From assembly GCA_039793445.1 (NCBI GenBank), contig JBAMLS010000001.1:3504-67503 (forward strand): a stretch of DNA of 64,000 nt, written 5' to 3'. A program made the translations under genes and the position numbers. Source of the DNA: Minisyncoccales bacterium. Lineage in GTDB: Bacteria > Patescibacteriota > Minisyncoccia > Minisyncoccales > JBAMLS01. Under the pieces are notes generated by a model that did no database searches, had not been told where the DNA came from, and was given only the letters and a program-made list of their open reading frames with translations. Positions 18,746 through 29,795 of this stretch are shown in pieces (position 1 is the stretch's first letter; each line of letters starts with the position of its first letter).

Positions 18746-20791
18746 ATGAATATTATTATTGTCGAAAGTCCTACAAAAGCTAAAACAATTGAAAAATTCC
18801 TAGAAAAAGATTTTAAAATAGTTGCTTCTTTTGGACATATAAGAGATCTCCCCAAAAGTGAGTTTGGAATAGATATAGAAAATAATTTCACTCCAAAATA
18901 TGTTATTCCCGTAAAATCACGAAAAAAAGTAAATTTTTTAAAAAAGGTAATAAAAGGTGCAAATTCTGTTATTTTAGCCACTGATCCAGATAGAGAGGGA
19001 GAAGCAATTTCTTGGCACTTAAAAGAAATTTTAAAATTAGAAAATTATAAAAGAATAGTTTTTCATGAAATTACTAAAAATGCAATTTTAGAAGCGCTTT
19101 CAAATCCAAGAGATATCGATTTAAATTTAGTGAATGCCCAACAAGCAAGAAGGATCTTAGATAGAATTGTTGGATACAAACTAAGTCCTTTTTTATGGAA
19201 AAAAATAGCAAGAAAATTATCGGCGGGAAGAGTTCAATCTGTGGCGGTAAGATTAGTAGTAGATAGAGAGAAAGAAATTCAAAATTTTATTCCCCAAGAA
19301 TATTGGCAAATCAAAGTTTTATTAGAAAAAACTAAAAATCAAAACCTTCAAGAAAAAAATAAAAAATTTGAAGCGATTTTAATTAAAAAAGATAATAAAA
19401 TTATCCCCAAATTAGGAATCAAAACAAAAGAAGAAGTTAAAAAAATTGTAAAAGATTTAGAAAAAGCAGAATATAAAATTATAAATATTCAAAAAAAAGA
19501 AATAAAAAGAAATCCCCTACCCCCTTTAATAACTAGTACCTTACAACAAGAAGCATGGCAAAAATTTCACTTTCCAGCAAAATATACAATGAGATTAGCT
19601 CAAAATTTATATGAAAAAGGTTATATTACTTATCATAGAACAGATTCTTTAAATTTATCTTTATTTGCTTTGAATTCGGCAAAAAATTTTATTATCAAAA
19701 ATTATGGTAATAACTATTATCAATTCAGACAATTTAAAACAAAATCTAAAGTAGCCCAGGAAGCCCATGAAGCCATTAGACCAACTTTTTTAGAAAACAC
19801 TCCAAAAGAATTATCAAAAAAAATAGAAAAAAACGAATTAAAACTTTATGAATTAATTTGGAAAAGATTTATTGCTTCTCAAATGAGTCAAAGTATTTTT
19901 GATTTTACAAAAGTAGAAATAGCAACCCAAAATAAAAAATATATCTTTCAAGCTACAGGATCTATTTTGAAATTTGACGGTTTTTTAAAAATGTATCCCA
20001 TAAAATACCAAGAAATAGAATTACCATTTTTAGAAATTAATGAAATGTTAAAATTAATCAAAGTTTTGCCCTCTCAACACTTTACTCAACCTCCAACAAG
20101 ATATACGGAAGCCACATTAATAAAAGAATTGGAAAAAAATGGGATTGGAAGACCATCGACTTATGCTCCCATTTTATCGATTATTCAAGAAAGAAATTAT
20201 GTAGAGAAAGATAAAGAAAAAAAATTAAGACCAACAGAAATAGGAATTTTAGTAAATGATTTATTGGTTGAACACTTTCTTGAGATTGTTGATTTAAAAT
20301 TTACAGCCAAAATGGAAGAAAAATTAGACGAAATTGCCAAAGGAAAAGAAAAATGGCAAGAAGTAATAAAAAGCTTTTATATTCCCTTTGAAGAAAATTT
20401 ACAAAAAAAATACTTAACTGTAAAAAAGATAGATTCTAAATCAACTGATAAAAAATGTCCAAAGTGCGGAGCGCCTTTAGTAATAAGAATAAGTAAATAC
20501 GGGCAATTTTACGCTTGCTCTAATTTTCCTAAATGTAAATATACAGAACCATTAGAAAAAGAAGGGTTAAAAATTAAATGCCCAAAATGTAAAATTGGAG
20601 AAATCGTAGAAAAAAGAACAAAATCTAAAAAAATATTTTATGGCTGTTCTAATTGGCCAAATTGTGATTTTGCTTTATGGGAAAAACCAACTGGAGAAAC
20701 TTGTCCTAAATGTGGTTCTCTTTTAGTTAAAAAGGGTAAAAACAAAATTCAATGTTCAAACCAAAATTGTGATTTTATAAAAAAAGTTTAA
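18746..20791 (+). CDS. topA: DNA topoisomerase I with C-terminal C4 zinc ribbons
   Basis: Toprim N-terminus MNIIIVESPTKAKTIEKFL; catalytic-Tyr region; three C-terminal CxxC...CxxC ribbons. Confidence 0.9.
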   Translation: MNIIIVESPTKAKTIEKFLEKDFKIVASFGHIRDLPKSEFGIDIENNFTPKYVIPVKSRKKVNFLKKVIKGANSVILATDPDREGEAISWHLKEILKLENYKRIVFHEITKNAILEALSNPRDIDLNLVNAQQARRILDRIVGYKLSPFLWKKIARKLSAGRVQSVAVRLVVDREKEIQNFIPQEYWQIKVLLEKTKNQNLQEKNKKFEAILIKKDNKIIPKLGIKTKEEVKKIVKDLEKAEYKIINIQKKEIKRNPLPPLITSTLQQEAWQKFHFPAKYTMRLAQNLYEKGYITYHRTDSLNLSLFALNSAKNFIIKNYGNNYYQFRQFKTKSKVAQEAHEAIRPTFLENTPKELSKKIEKNELKLYELIWKRFIASQMSQSIFDFTKVEIATQNKKYIFQATGSILKFDGFLKMYPIKYQEIELPFLEINEMLKLIKVLPSQHFTQPPTRYTEATLIKELEKNGIGRPSTYAPILSIIQERNYVEKDKEKKLRPTEIGILVNDLLVEHFLEIVDLKFTAKMEEKLDEIAKGKEKWQEVIKSFYIPFEENLQKKYLTVKKIDSKSTDKKCPKCGAPLVIRISKYGQFYACSNFPKCKYTEPLEKEGLKIKCPKCKIGEIVEKRTKSKKIFYGCSNWPNCDFALWEKPTGETCPKCGSLLVKKGKNKIQCSNQNCDFIKKV

Positions 20792-20801
20792 ATATCATAA
20801 C

Positions 20802-22466
20802 ATGGAAATAAAAAATTTTTATAAAAATCACAATGAAAGAGTAAAAGACATAATAAAAAAAATAGGAGGAGACTTAATAACCCAAAAGGCGGCTTTTTTA
20901 CATAATCTTTCAAAGGAAAAAATAAAAGAATTATCAAAGCAAAAAGAAAATAGTGAATTAGTGAAAATTATAAAAAAATTTAGAAAACTACAAGGACTTT
21001 TATCTTCTGCTCAAATTAAAGAAAGAAAATATATTGAAGATTGGCAAAAAATTTTTTTTGATTTTAAAAGTGAAAATTTAAGAAAATTATTTTTTGCTAT
21101 TACAAAAGATATAAGACCAATTTTAATTTTAATTGCAGATCATATTGATAAAGTAAGGCATTTAGACAAATTTAAAGACAATATTAAAAAATCTCTTTGT
21201 TTAAAAAGTTTAGAAGTGTTTTCTCCTCTTTGTTATAGTTTAAGTATGGGAGATATAAAAGCCGAAATTGAAGATATTGCTTTTAAATATCTTTATAGTA
21301 AAGAATATTCTTGGTTATTAGAAAATATAAAACAAAAAAGAAATGAAAGAGAAATTTATCTTAAAAGAATTATTCCTAAAATAAGGGAAATTTTAAAATC
21401 GAACAATATTGAAGTAATTGATATTCATGCTAGAGCAAAACATTATTTTTCTCTTTATTTAAAATTATTAAAATATAATTTTGAAATTGAAAAAATTTAT
21501 GACCTAATAGCTTTAAGAATTATAGTAAAAGATATAAAAGATTGTTATATTGTTTTGGGAATATTACATCAGCATTTTAAACCATTGGAAGATAGAATAA
21601 AAGATTATATTGCTAATCCTAAAATTAATGGTTATAGAGCTCTCCATACCACTATAATTTGTTTCGAAAACCAAATCGTAGAAATTCAAATCAAAACCTT
21701 AAAAATGCACGAAGAAGCTGAATTTGGAATAGCAAGCCATTTATCATATAAACTTTCTGGCGATGAAAAAACATTAAAAGAAGATATTTATTGGTACGAA
21801 AAACTCAGACAATGGGAAAAAGAATTAGCAAAATCTAAAAATATTTCTCAAGTATTAGATTTTGATTTTTTTAAAAATAGAATTTTTGTTTTAACACCAA
21901 AAGGCGATATAATAAATTTACCAAAAGATTCCACTCCCATTGATTTTGCTTTTGCAATTCATAGTTTTTTAGGAATACATTGTAAAGGAGCAAAAGTTAA
22001 TGGAAAATTGGTTCCTCTAAATGAAAAATTAAAAACAGGACAAGTTGTAGAAATTATAACGCAAAAAGATAAAACGCCTTCTTTGGATTGGTTAAAATTT
22101 GTTAAAACAAAAAGAGCAAAAAATATTATTAGAAAATTTTTCCCAAATCTTACAAAAAAGGAAGCAACAATTATTCAAGAAAGCTTAATTATTAAAAAAG
22201 GGGTAGCTATTTTAAAATCAAAATTTTTAAAAAAATTTGGGCCCAAAAAAATATCAAGGATAAAAGTTGGAGAACAAACAGATATTTCAATTAAAATTGC
22301 AAAATGTTGTAATCCAAAAGAAGGTGATGAAATTTTAGGTATCATTATTCCTTCAAAAGAAATTGTAATTCACAAAAAAGATTGTAAGAATTTATTAGAA
22401 ATTTCTAAAAAGTCGCCAGAAAGAATAATTAAAGCAGAATGGATTAAAAACTCTTTTCAAAATTAA
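20802..22466 (+). CDS. relA: RelA/SpoT-family (p)ppGpp synthetase (HD hydrolase motif degenerate) with TGS and ACT-like C-terminal regions
   Basis: Synthetase block ALRIIVKDIKDCYIVLGILHQHFKPLEDRIKDYIANPKINGYRALHTTI; TGS domain IFVLTPKGDIINLPKDSTPIDFAFAIHS. The N-terminal HD position reads HN (AAFLHNL). Confidence 0.75.
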   Translation: MEIKNFYKNHNERVKDIIKKIGGDLITQKAAFLHNLSKEKIKELSKQKENSELVKIIKKFRKLQGLLSSAQIKERKYIEDWQKIFFDFKSENLRKLFFAITKDIRPILILIADHIDKVRHLDKFKDNIKKSLCLKSLEVFSPLCYSLSMGDIKAEIEDIAFKYLYSKEYSWLLENIKQKRNEREIYLKRIIPKIREILKSNNIEVIDIHARAKHYFSLYLKLLKYNFEIEKIYDLIALRIIVKDIKDCYIVLGILHQHFKPLEDRIKDYIANPKINGYRALHTTIICFENQIVEIQIKTLKMHEEAEFGIASHLSYKLSGDEKTLKEDIYWYEKLRQWEKELAKSKNISQVLDFDFFKNRIFVLTPKGDIINLPKDSTPIDFAFAIHSFLGIHCKGAKVNGKLVPLNEKLKTGQVVEIITQKDKTPSLDWLKFVKTKRAKNIIRKFFPNLTKKEATIIQESLIIKKGVAILKSKFLKKFGPKKISRIKVGEQTDISIKIAKCCNPKEGDEILGIIIPSKEIVIHKKDCKNLLEISKKSPERIIKAEWIKNSFQN

Positions 22467-22504
22467 AAATATTATTAAAATATATTTATATTTGAAATAT
22501 TTTT

Positions 22505-22588
22505 GCCGGAGTGGCGGAACTGCTAGACGCGCACGACTCAAAATCGTGTGGGAGAAATCCCATGAGGGTTGGATTCCCTCCTCCGGCA
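22505..22588 (+). tRNA. tRNA-Leu (anticodon CAA), class II with long variable arm
   Basis: Acceptor gccggag/ctccggc; anticodon stem cacga/tcgtg with loop ctCAAaa; long variable arm tgggagaaatccca; T arm gaggg-ttggatt-ccctc; discriminator A; CCA not encoded. Confidence 0.85.
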
Positions 22589-22629
22589 CTTTTTAGATAA
22601 AAAGGTTTAAAAAAATTTTTTAAAAAAAT

Positions 22630-23001
22630 ATGGAAAAAATTTTTATTTCTAATCCCACAGGAAATGAAATTACTTGTATAATGTATGGAGTTGATATTAA
22701 CATTCTTGAAAACAAAAAATTAATAAAAAAATCCCTTCTTGAGGGATTAAAAAAGGACCACTTTAATGTTCTAAAAACTTGTGAACATAAATTTTCTCCT
22801 CATGGTTATACTCTTTGCATATTATTGGGTGAATCCCATGCAGCTTTACATACTTATCCAGAATATAATAGTTTAGTTTTTAACCTCTATAGTTGTAGAA
22901 AAGAAGGAGATGGAAAAATTACACTCTCTCATTTATTAAATTTTTTTAAACCAAAAAGAAAAAAGATTTTACAAAGAAAGATTAAAGTAAAAGAAAACTA
23001 A
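22630..23001 (+). CDS. speH: S-adenosylmethionine decarboxylase proenzyme, small pyruvoyl type (SpeH/SpeD class 1)
   Basis: 123 aa. Self-cleavage/active-site motif LLGESHAALHTYPE (compare ESHxSIHTWPE). Confidence 0.65.
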   Translation: MEKIFISNPTGNEITCIMYGVDINILENKKLIKKSLLEGLKKDHFNVLKTCEHKFSPHGYTLCILLGESHAALHTYPEYNSLVFNLYSCRKEGDGKITLSHLLNFFKPKRKKILQRKIKVKEN

Positions 23002-23747
23002 ATTATTTTTATTTTTTTCTTTTTTAAAAATTTTGCCACCTTAAGAATATCTCCAGGATTTCCAAAATCTATCCAATAATCTTGTATTTGGATAACCTTA
23101 ACTTTATTCTCTTTTGCTAGCAAATTAATCGCATCAGTTAATTCATATTCCCCTCTTTTAGATTTTTTAATTTTAAAAACTTTATCAAAAATTTCTGGGG
23201 TAAATTTATAGAGCCCGCAATTTATTAAGTTACTAATAAATTTTTCTGGCTTCTCAACAATTTCTTTTAAAAATTCTCCTTCTGTACGCAATACTCCATA
23301 TTTTTCGGGATGCTCACTAAAAATACCAGTAACAAAATTGAATTTATCAATACTGCCTATTTTTTTTAAATCTTTCGGCGAATAAAGATTATCGCCATAT
23401 AAAACAACAAAATCTTCTTTAATAATATCTTTTAAACACATTATTGGACAAGCGGTACCATAAATTTTTTCTTTTGGACCCAAAATTTCATATTGATTTA
23501 CCAAATTTATTTTAATATTATTTATTTTTTTTTCTTTTTTAAATTGAGAGAAAAAATCTTCAAAAAGGTCAGCCCGGTATCCTACTACAAAATAAAAATC
23601 TTTATAACCTGCAAAAATTAAATTTGATAATAAGTAATATAAAAATGGTTTTTTATTCACATTTATTAAATGTTTTGATTTATTTTTTGTAAGTTTTAAC
23701 ATTCTTGTGCCCTGGCCGGCGGCAGCAACAACTACTTTTTTTATCAT
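22998..23747 (-). CDS. Sugar-1-phosphate nucleotidyltransferase (NTP_transferase family)
   Basis: N-terminal VVAAAGQGTRM (G-x-G-T-R pyrophosphorylase signature); 249 aa. Confidence 0.65.
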   Translation of the reverse strand: MIKKVVVAAAGQGTRMLKLTKNKSKHLINVNKKPFLYYLLSNLIFAGYKDFYFVVGYRADLFEDFFSQFKKEKKINNIKINLVNQYEILGPKEKIYGTACPIMCLKDIIKEDFVVLYGDNLYSPKDLKKIGSIDKFNFVTGIFSEHPEKYGVLRTEGEFLKEIVEKPEKFISNLINCGLYKFTPEIFDKVFKIKKSKRGEYELTDAINLLAKENKVKVIQIQDYWIDFGNPGDILKVAKFLKKKKIKII

Positions 23748-23775
23748 AAATTTGTTTATTTTTTAAAACCTTTTT

Positions 23776-24402
23776 TTAAATTTTAATTGCCCCCTTTCTT
23801 TTTATTTCTATTTTAGGGGGATATTCTGAAATATCTAAAACAGTGGAAGGTAAAGATTTTTTTAATTTTCCAAAATCTAATATTAAATTTGGTTTATATT
23901 TTTTATTTTTAAACTCTTTTATTACTTCTTTTATGTCTAATAAATCTTTATTACCCGAGATATTTGCCGATGTTGAGGTTAAGGGAAATTTTAATCTTGA
24001 AAGTAATTTGTTTAAAAAAATAAAATTAGGAATTCTAAAACCAACTTTTCCATCTTTAGTAATAACGCCATCAGGAAAATACTTTTTTTTATTTTCTTTT
24101 ACTTTAACAATGAAAGTTACTTTTCCTGGTAGGTATTTTTTAATTAATTTTTTTTGATCTTTATTTAAAATAAAAAAATCTTCTGCTGTTTTAAAATTTT
24201 TAATAAATATCGGCAACACTTTATTTGTAGGTCTTTTTTTTATTTTAAAAATTAAATTAACACATTTCTTATCAAAAGCGTTTGAAATTAAACCATAAAC
24301 AGTATCTGTAGGATAAACAATTATCTTTCTTTTATTTAATTTTTCTTCTATATCTTTTAAAATTTCTTTAAGGTTTTGTTTATTTATTTTAATTAAATCC
24401 AT
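23776..24402 (-). CDS. tsaC: L-threonylcarbamoyladenylate synthase (TsaC/YrdC/Sua5 family)
   Basis: YrdC-fold motifs VYPTDTVYGL and KIKKRPTNKVLPIFI. Confidence 0.75.
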   Translation of the reverse strand: MDLIKINKQNLKEILKDIEEKLNKRKIIVYPTDTVYGLISNAFDKKCVNLIFKIKKRPTNKVLPIFIKNFKTAEDFFILNKDQKKLIKKYLPGKVTFIVKVKENKKKYFPDGVITKDGKVGFRIPNFIFLNKLLSRLKFPLTSTSANISGNKDLLDIKEVIKEFKNKKYKPNLILDFGKLKKSLPSTVLDISEYPPKIEIKRKGAIKI

Positions 24403-24491
24403 ATTCTCGTTTTTATTTTAAAAAAAGAGCAAAAAAATTTTTATATATATTTTTCAGATCTATTAATAGTTTTCAATTTAAAACTTTACCT

Positions 24492-26975
24492 TTAAAAAAC
24501 TATATTAATTAGTTTATTTTTAATAAATATTATTTTCTTTATTTTTTTATTTGATATCCAATTTTTAACTTTTTCTCTTTGTAAAACAATATTTTGAATT
24601 TCTTTTTCTTCTAAATCGCTATCTATTAAAACCCTATCCCTTAATTTCCCATTAATTTGAATTAAAAGTAAAAATTTTTCTTTTTCTTCTTTAATAAAAC
24701 TTTCATTAAATTGAGGCCATTTTGATTTAAAAATAGATTCTTTATTCCCTAAAATATGCCACAATTCTTCACATAAATGAGGAGCAAAAGGAGATAAAAG
24801 TTGCAAAAATAATTCAAAAATTCCTTTATCAATCACCTCACCTTTTTCAAGTTCATTAAAAAATATCATTATTTGAGAGATAGCAGTATTAAACTTAAAA
24901 TTTTCTATATCTTCTGTTACTTTTTTTATCGTTTTATGTAATATTGATAAAATATTCTTTTCTTCTTTTTTTTCTTTTAATTTTTTTATTTTATTTTTAA
25001 TTTTCCATATTCTTTCTAAAAATCTTTTCATACCTATTACTCCTTTTTCCTGCCACGCTATTTCTTGAGAAAATGGCCCCATAAACATTTCATATAATCT
25101 TAAAGCATCTGCGCCATATTTTTCACATATTTCTTCTGGGGTTATTATATTTCCATATCTTTTTGACATTTTCCTTGAATCTGGACCTAAAATTAATCCT
25201 ACATGTCTTAATTTTAAAAATGGTTCTTTTGTAGAAACAATCCCTAAATCGTAAAGAAATTTATGCCAAAATCTAGCATAAATTAAATGACGAGTAGCGT
25301 GTTCTGCGCCACCAACATAAAGATCTACGGGTAACCAATATTTTTCTTTTTCTTTTGAAATTAATTCTTTTTTATTTTTAGGATCTGCATATCTTAAATA
25401 ATACCAACAAGAACCAGCCCATTGGGGCATTGTGTTTGTTTCCCTAAAAGCAATTCCCCCACATTTTGGACATCTAGTGATAACCCAATTTTTAATATTA
25501 GCTAAGGGTCCTTCACCTGTACCAGTAGGCTCATAATATTTTACTTTTGGAAGTTTTACGGGTAAATTCTTTTCAGCTACGCAAATCCAACCTGGATTTA
25601 ATAATTCACCTTTGTTAAATTCGCCTTCTTTATATTTTTTTTCTAAAATTCTTTTTTTACAATTCTCACAAAATAAAAGCGGAAATGGTTCCCCCCAATA
25701 TCTTTGTCTAGCAAAAACCCAATCTTTTATTTTGTAATAATAAGTTTTTTTAGCTATACCCATTTCTTCTAATACTTTTACAATTTTTTCTCTTGCAACT
25801 TTAGTTTCCAAACCTGTAAACTCTCCTGAATTTATTAAAATACCCTCTCCCTCAAAATATTCTTCATTACTATTTTCACTTAAAATAACTTTTTTAATAG
25901 GTAAATTAAATTTTTGAGCAAATTCAAAATCTCTTTTATCATGAGCTGGCACTGCCATAATTGCGCCAGTGCCATAATCTTTTAAAACATATTCTGAAAC
26001 AAAAACAGGTATTTTTCCTTTAGTTAATGGATTTTCGGCCAAAATCCCCTCAACTTTTATTCCTGTTTTTTCTTTAGTTCTTTCTACATCTGATTTAGAT
26101 AATACCTCTTTTTGGTATTTTTTGATTTGATCAAAATTTCTTATTTCATTTTTTAATTTTTCTAAAATTTCATGCTCTGGGGCCAAAACCACATAAGTCA
26201 TTCCCAAAATAGTATCTATTCTAGTGGTAAATACTTTTATTTTTTTATTTGTTTCTTTATTATCTAAAAAGATTTTCATTTGGAATTCAACACCTTCAGA
26301 TTTGCCTATCCAATCTTTTTGCATTTTAATAATAGGTTCTTCCCAATCTAACATTTCTAAATCTTCTAAAAGTCTATCAGCATATTTTGTAATTTTTATT
26401 TTCCATTGTCTCAAAGGTTTTTTTTCTACTTTAGAACCGCATCTTTCACATCTTCCTTCTTCTAAATCTTCATTTGCCAAACCAGTTTTACAATATGGAC
26501 ACCAATTAATTGGTTCAAAAGACTCTTCTACCAAACCTGCTTTAAATAGTTGTAAAAAAATCCATTGAGTCCATATATAATAATTTGGATCTGTTGTATT
26601 AATCTCCCTATCCCAATCATAAGTAGGACCTATTAGTTTTAATTCTTCTTTATATCTCTTTATATTTTGTTTTACCGCTAGTTCTGGATGAATTTTATTT
26701 TTAATAGCAAAGTTTTCAGCAGGTAAACCAAAAGCATCCCAACCCATCGGATGTAAAACATTAAAACCCTGCATCATCTTCATTCTGGCAATAATATCTG
26801 TAGCAGTATAACCTTTTAAATGACCTACATGTAAACCACTTCCAGAGGGATAGGGAAACATGTCTAAAACATAAAATTTAGGTTTCTTTTTATTATCAAG
26901 AGTTTTAAAGATTTTTTCTTTTTCCCAAAATTTTTGCCATTTCTTTTCTATTTTTTTAAAATTATATTCTTCCAT
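24492..26975 (-). CDS. leuS: Leucyl-tRNA synthetase
   Basis: HIGH region (FPYPSGSGLHVGHLKGY), KMSKS (KMSKRYGN), LeuRS-typical MGWDAFGLPAE, CP1 editing and Zn motifs. Confidence 0.9.
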   Translation of the reverse strand: MEEYNFKKIEKKWQKFWEKEKIFKTLDNKKKPKFYVLDMFPYPSGSGLHVGHLKGYTATDIIARMKMMQGFNVLHPMGWDAFGLPAENFAIKNKIHPELAVKQNIKRYKEELKLIGPTYDWDREINTTDPNYYIWTQWIFLQLFKAGLVEESFEPINWCPYCKTGLANEDLEEGRCERCGSKVEKKPLRQWKIKITKYADRLLEDLEMLDWEEPIIKMQKDWIGKSEGVEFQMKIFLDNKETNKKIKVFTTRIDTILGMTYVVLAPEHEILEKLKNEIRNFDQIKKYQKEVLSKSDVERTKEKTGIKVEGILAENPLTKGKIPVFVSEYVLKDYGTGAIMAVPAHDKRDFEFAQKFNLPIKKVILSENSNEEYFEGEGILINSGEFTGLETKVAREKIVKVLEEMGIAKKTYYYKIKDWVFARQRYWGEPFPLLFCENCKKRILEKKYKEGEFNKGELLNPGWICVAEKNLPVKLPKVKYYEPTGTGEGPLANIKNWVITRCPKCGGIAFRETNTMPQWAGSCWYYLRYADPKNKKELISKEKEKYWLPVDLYVGGAEHATRHLIYARFWHKFLYDLGIVSTKEPFLKLRHVGLILGPDSRKMSKRYGNIITPEEICEKYGADALRLYEMFMGPFSQEIAWQEKGVIGMKRFLERIWKIKNKIKKLKEKKEEKNILSILHKTIKKVTEDIENFKFNTAISQIMIFFNELEKGEVIDKGIFELFLQLLSPFAPHLCEELWHILGNKESIFKSKWPQFNESFIKEEKEKFLLLIQINGKLRDRVLIDSDLEEKEIQNIVLQREKVKNWISNKKIKKIIFIKNKLINIVF

Positions 26976-26999
26976 AGATTTAAAAATTAAACTTTTAAA

Positions 27000-27845
27000 T
27001 TATAAAGAAAATAATTCTTTTGCATTTTGGGTAGTAATATTAGATATTTGCTCAAAACTTATATTTTTTATTTTTGCTATTTCTTTTGCTATCAAAGGCA
27101 AACCTAAAGGATTATTAATTTTTTCATCAAAACCAAGTGGAGTAAAATATGGGCAATCTGTTTCTAATAAAATTTTATTTAAAGGTGTATTTAAAATTAT
27201 TTCTTTAAAATCAATTCCCTCTATGTTTTTAAAAATAATACCGTTAAAACCAATAAAAAAATCAAGCTTTAAATATTCTTCAAGGTCTTTTAAGGTCCCC
27301 ACAAAACAATGAATAACACCTCTAATTTTATTTTTATAATTTTTTAAAATCGTTAACATTTCTTTATTAGCTAAACGACAATGTAAAATTATCGGCAAAT
27401 TTAATTCTCTTGCTAACTCTAATTGTAAAATAAAATTTTCTTTTTGCTTTTCTTCTAAAATTTCTTTTTTTTCTTTACTTTTTGGCGTCCAATAAAAATC
27501 AAATCCTATTTCACCTATTGCAACTACTTTTTTATCTTTAGCTAAATTTTTATATTTTTCGTAATTAAAATTTTCTTCTTTTGTCTTAATTTCAATTTCT
27601 TGGGTATCATCTTTAATTTTTACTAAACCAGTTTCTAAATGTATGGGATGCAATCCAACAGCGGCATAAACTCCTTCTTTATACATTTTTGCAATTTCCA
27701 ACGCTTTTTCTGACGTTTCATATTTTGTTCCAACATTTATAATTTGAATATTTTGCAAAAAACATTCTTTAATAATTTTATTAAAGGTTTCTTTAAAAAC
27801 ACTAAAATTTAAATGGCTATGAGTATCTATTAACATAAATATCAA
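27000..27845 (-). CDS. tatD: TatD-family metal-dependent DNase/hydrolase
   Basis: N-terminal LIDTHSHLN; TIM-barrel metal ligands (HCF..., ETDCPY). Confidence 0.85.
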   Translation of the reverse strand: MIFMLIDTHSHLNFSVFKETFNKIIKECFLQNIQIINVGTKYETSEKALEIAKMYKEGVYAAVGLHPIHLETGLVKIKDDTQEIEIKTKEENFNYEKYKNLAKDKKVVAIGEIGFDFYWTPKSKEKKEILEEKQKENFILQLELARELNLPIILHCRLANKEMLTILKNYKNKIRGVIHCFVGTLKDLEEYLKLDFFIGFNGIIFKNIEGIDFKEIILNTPLNKILLETDCPYFTPLGFDEKINNPLGLPLIAKEIAKIKNISFEQISNITTQNAKELFSL

Positions 27846-29275
27846 CTTATTTTCTTTACTTTTGACCCTTCTACAGTATCTTCCAGTTTATATCCTAAAT
27901 TTTCAATTTCTTTTCTAATTTTATCTGCTAACTCCCATGCTCTTTTTTTACGCAAAATTTCTCTCTTTTTTATCAAATCTAAAATATTTTTAGGTATTTT
28001 TTCTTTTTCTAATTTATTTAATCTTAAACCAAAAACTCTATCAAAATCTAATAAAAGAATTTCTTTTTGTTTTAATTTTAGATTATTATCTTTTATAATT
28101 TGCCACATCAAAGCCAAGGCTTCTGGAGTGTTTAAGTCGTTATTTATAGAAACTAAAAATTTCTCTTTAAAATAATTTATCTCTTTTTTTTCTTCTCGTG
28201 ATAATTTTTCTTTTATTTTATTTTCTCTTAAATCTAAAATAAAATTTCTAATATTATTTAAAGCGTTTTGGCTTGCTTTTAAAGACTCAAAAGTAAAATC
28301 CATTTTACTTCTATAATGAGAAGTTAAAGATAAATATCTAAAAGCAAGGGGATCAAAACCTTTTTCAATTAAATTTGAAAGAGTAAAAATATTTCCTTCT
28401 GACTTTGCCATTTTTTTTCCTCCGACAGCTAAAAACTCACAATGTAACCAAAAATTTGCTAAAATTTTTCCAAAAGCAGCTTCTGCTTGAGCAATTTCAT
28501 TTGTATGATGAATTAAAATATGATCTATTCCTCCACAATGAATATCAAAAGGTATTCCTAAAAATTTTTTTGACATTACCACACATTCTGTATGCCAACC
28601 AGGAAAACCTTTTGTTTTTTTATTAGTACTTGGTCTTTTCCAAGGACAATTCCACTCCATTTGTCTTTTTACTCCAATAGGACTAAATTTCCAAAGAGCA
28701 AAATCTGTAGGATTTTTTTTACCAGGTACCATTTCTACTCTTTTTCCTGGTAAAATTTTCATTTTTTTAGGCCATAATCTTCCATAAGTTTTTAATTTTG
28801 AAGTATCAAAATATACACCATCTTCTATAATATAAGTAAATCCTTTTTTTTCTAATAATTTTATAAATCCTATTTGTTCTTTTATGGTTTGAGTTGCTCT
28901 TACAAAAATATCTGGTTTTATTATATTTAGTAATTTTAAATCTTTTTTAAATTCTTTTTCATAAAATCTGGCGATTTCAAAAGCGCTTTTTTGTTCTTTT
29001 TTTGCCGCCCTTTCTATTTTGTCTTCTCCTGTATCGGCATCAGAAATTAAATGTCCAACATCGGTAATATTCATTACGTGTTTTACCTTAAAACCATTAT
29101 AAAGTAATACTCTTTTTAAAATATCTTCAAAAATATATGTTCTTAAATTACCAATATGGGCATACCAATAAACAGTAGGACCACAAGTATACATGCTTAC
29201 TAAATTCTTATTTAAAGATTTAAAAATTTCTTTTTTTCTTGTAAGGTTATTAAAAAATAAAATTTTATTTTTCAT
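27842..29275 (-). CDS. cysS: Cysteinyl-tRNA synthetase
   Basis: [20 protein letters not shown] (HIGH-type), KMAKSEGN (KMSKS), CysRS-like Zn ligand context. Confidence 0.9.
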   Translation of the reverse strand: MKNKILFFNNLTRKKEIFKSLNKNLVSMYTCGPTVYWYAHIGNLRTYIFEDILKRVLLYNGFKVKHVMNITDVGHLISDADTGEDKIERAAKKEQKSAFEIARFYEKEFKKDLKLLNIIKPDIFVRATQTIKEQIGFIKLLEKKGFTYIIEDGVYFDTSKLKTYGRLWPKKMKILPGKRVEMVPGKKNPTDFALWKFSPIGVKRQMEWNCPWKRPSTNKKTKGFPGWHTECVVMSKKFLGIPFDIHCGGIDHILIHHTNEIAQAEAAFGKILANFWLHCEFLAVGGKKMAKSEGNIFTLSNLIEKGFDPLAFRYLSLTSHYRSKMDFTFESLKASQNALNNIRNFILDLRENKIKEKLSREEKKEINYFKEKFLVSINNDLNTPEALALMWQIIKDNNLKLKQKEILLLDFDRVFGLRLNKLEKEKIPKNILDLIKKREILRKKRAWELADKIRKEIENLGYKLEDTVEGSKVKKIS

Positions 29276-29276
29276 A

Positions 29277-29795
29277 TTATTTAAAATCTTCTATTTGGTA
29301 TATAGCCGCGCAAATGGCGCATACAGGTTTACCTTTGCATTTAATACCAGAAATAAGATAATTTATTTTTCCATATTTATATTCTTTTCTTCTCTTTATT
29401 AAATCTTTTAAGGATAGAGTTATTAACTTTTTCAATTCTTTTTTATTATCTGCTGTGTCTTCTACAAATAGACCCTTTCCCTCTTTGTTTTGTACCCAAC
29501 CCAAACCCGCAAAAGCGTATTTTCCTTTTTTAGTTTCTATTTTTTTTGCTAAAACTACATATAATTTTTTACCATAATCTTCTTCTCTGAATTTAATTTT
29601 TTTAAATATAATTTTTGAATTTTCTGGAATTATAGAAGAAAGATAAATTAAATTAAAATTTGATATTCTGGCATCATATAAAGCAGCGTCAAAAGCAGAA
29701 AGTTGGGTATTGCCCTTCCCTTTTCCTTTTACTAAAAAAATATATCTTTCTTTTAAAGAACGTTCTACCATATATTTATATTTTTTGAAAAACAA
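29277..29795 (-). CDS. pdaD: Pyruvoyl-dependent arginine decarboxylase (PdaD)
   Basis: 172 aa. [30 protein letters not shown] matches the PdaD core, including the Ser-Ser self-processing site. Confidence 0.6.
   Translation of the reverse strand: MFFKKYKYMVERSLKERYIFLVKGKGKGNTQLSAFDAALYDARISNFNLIYLSSIIPENSKIIFKKIKFREEDYGKKLYVVLAKKIETKKGKYAFAGLGWVQNKEGKGLFVEDTADNKKELKKLITLSLKDLIKRRKEYKYGKINYLISGIKCKGKPVCAICAAIYQIEDFK

Noticed and set aside
22395-22589. 64-aa minus-strand ORF overlapping the tRNA-Leu gene and the relA 3' end
   Set aside because: It overlaps a well-formed tRNA (22505-22588) on the opposite strand. There is no start context or motif. It is typical antisense noise.
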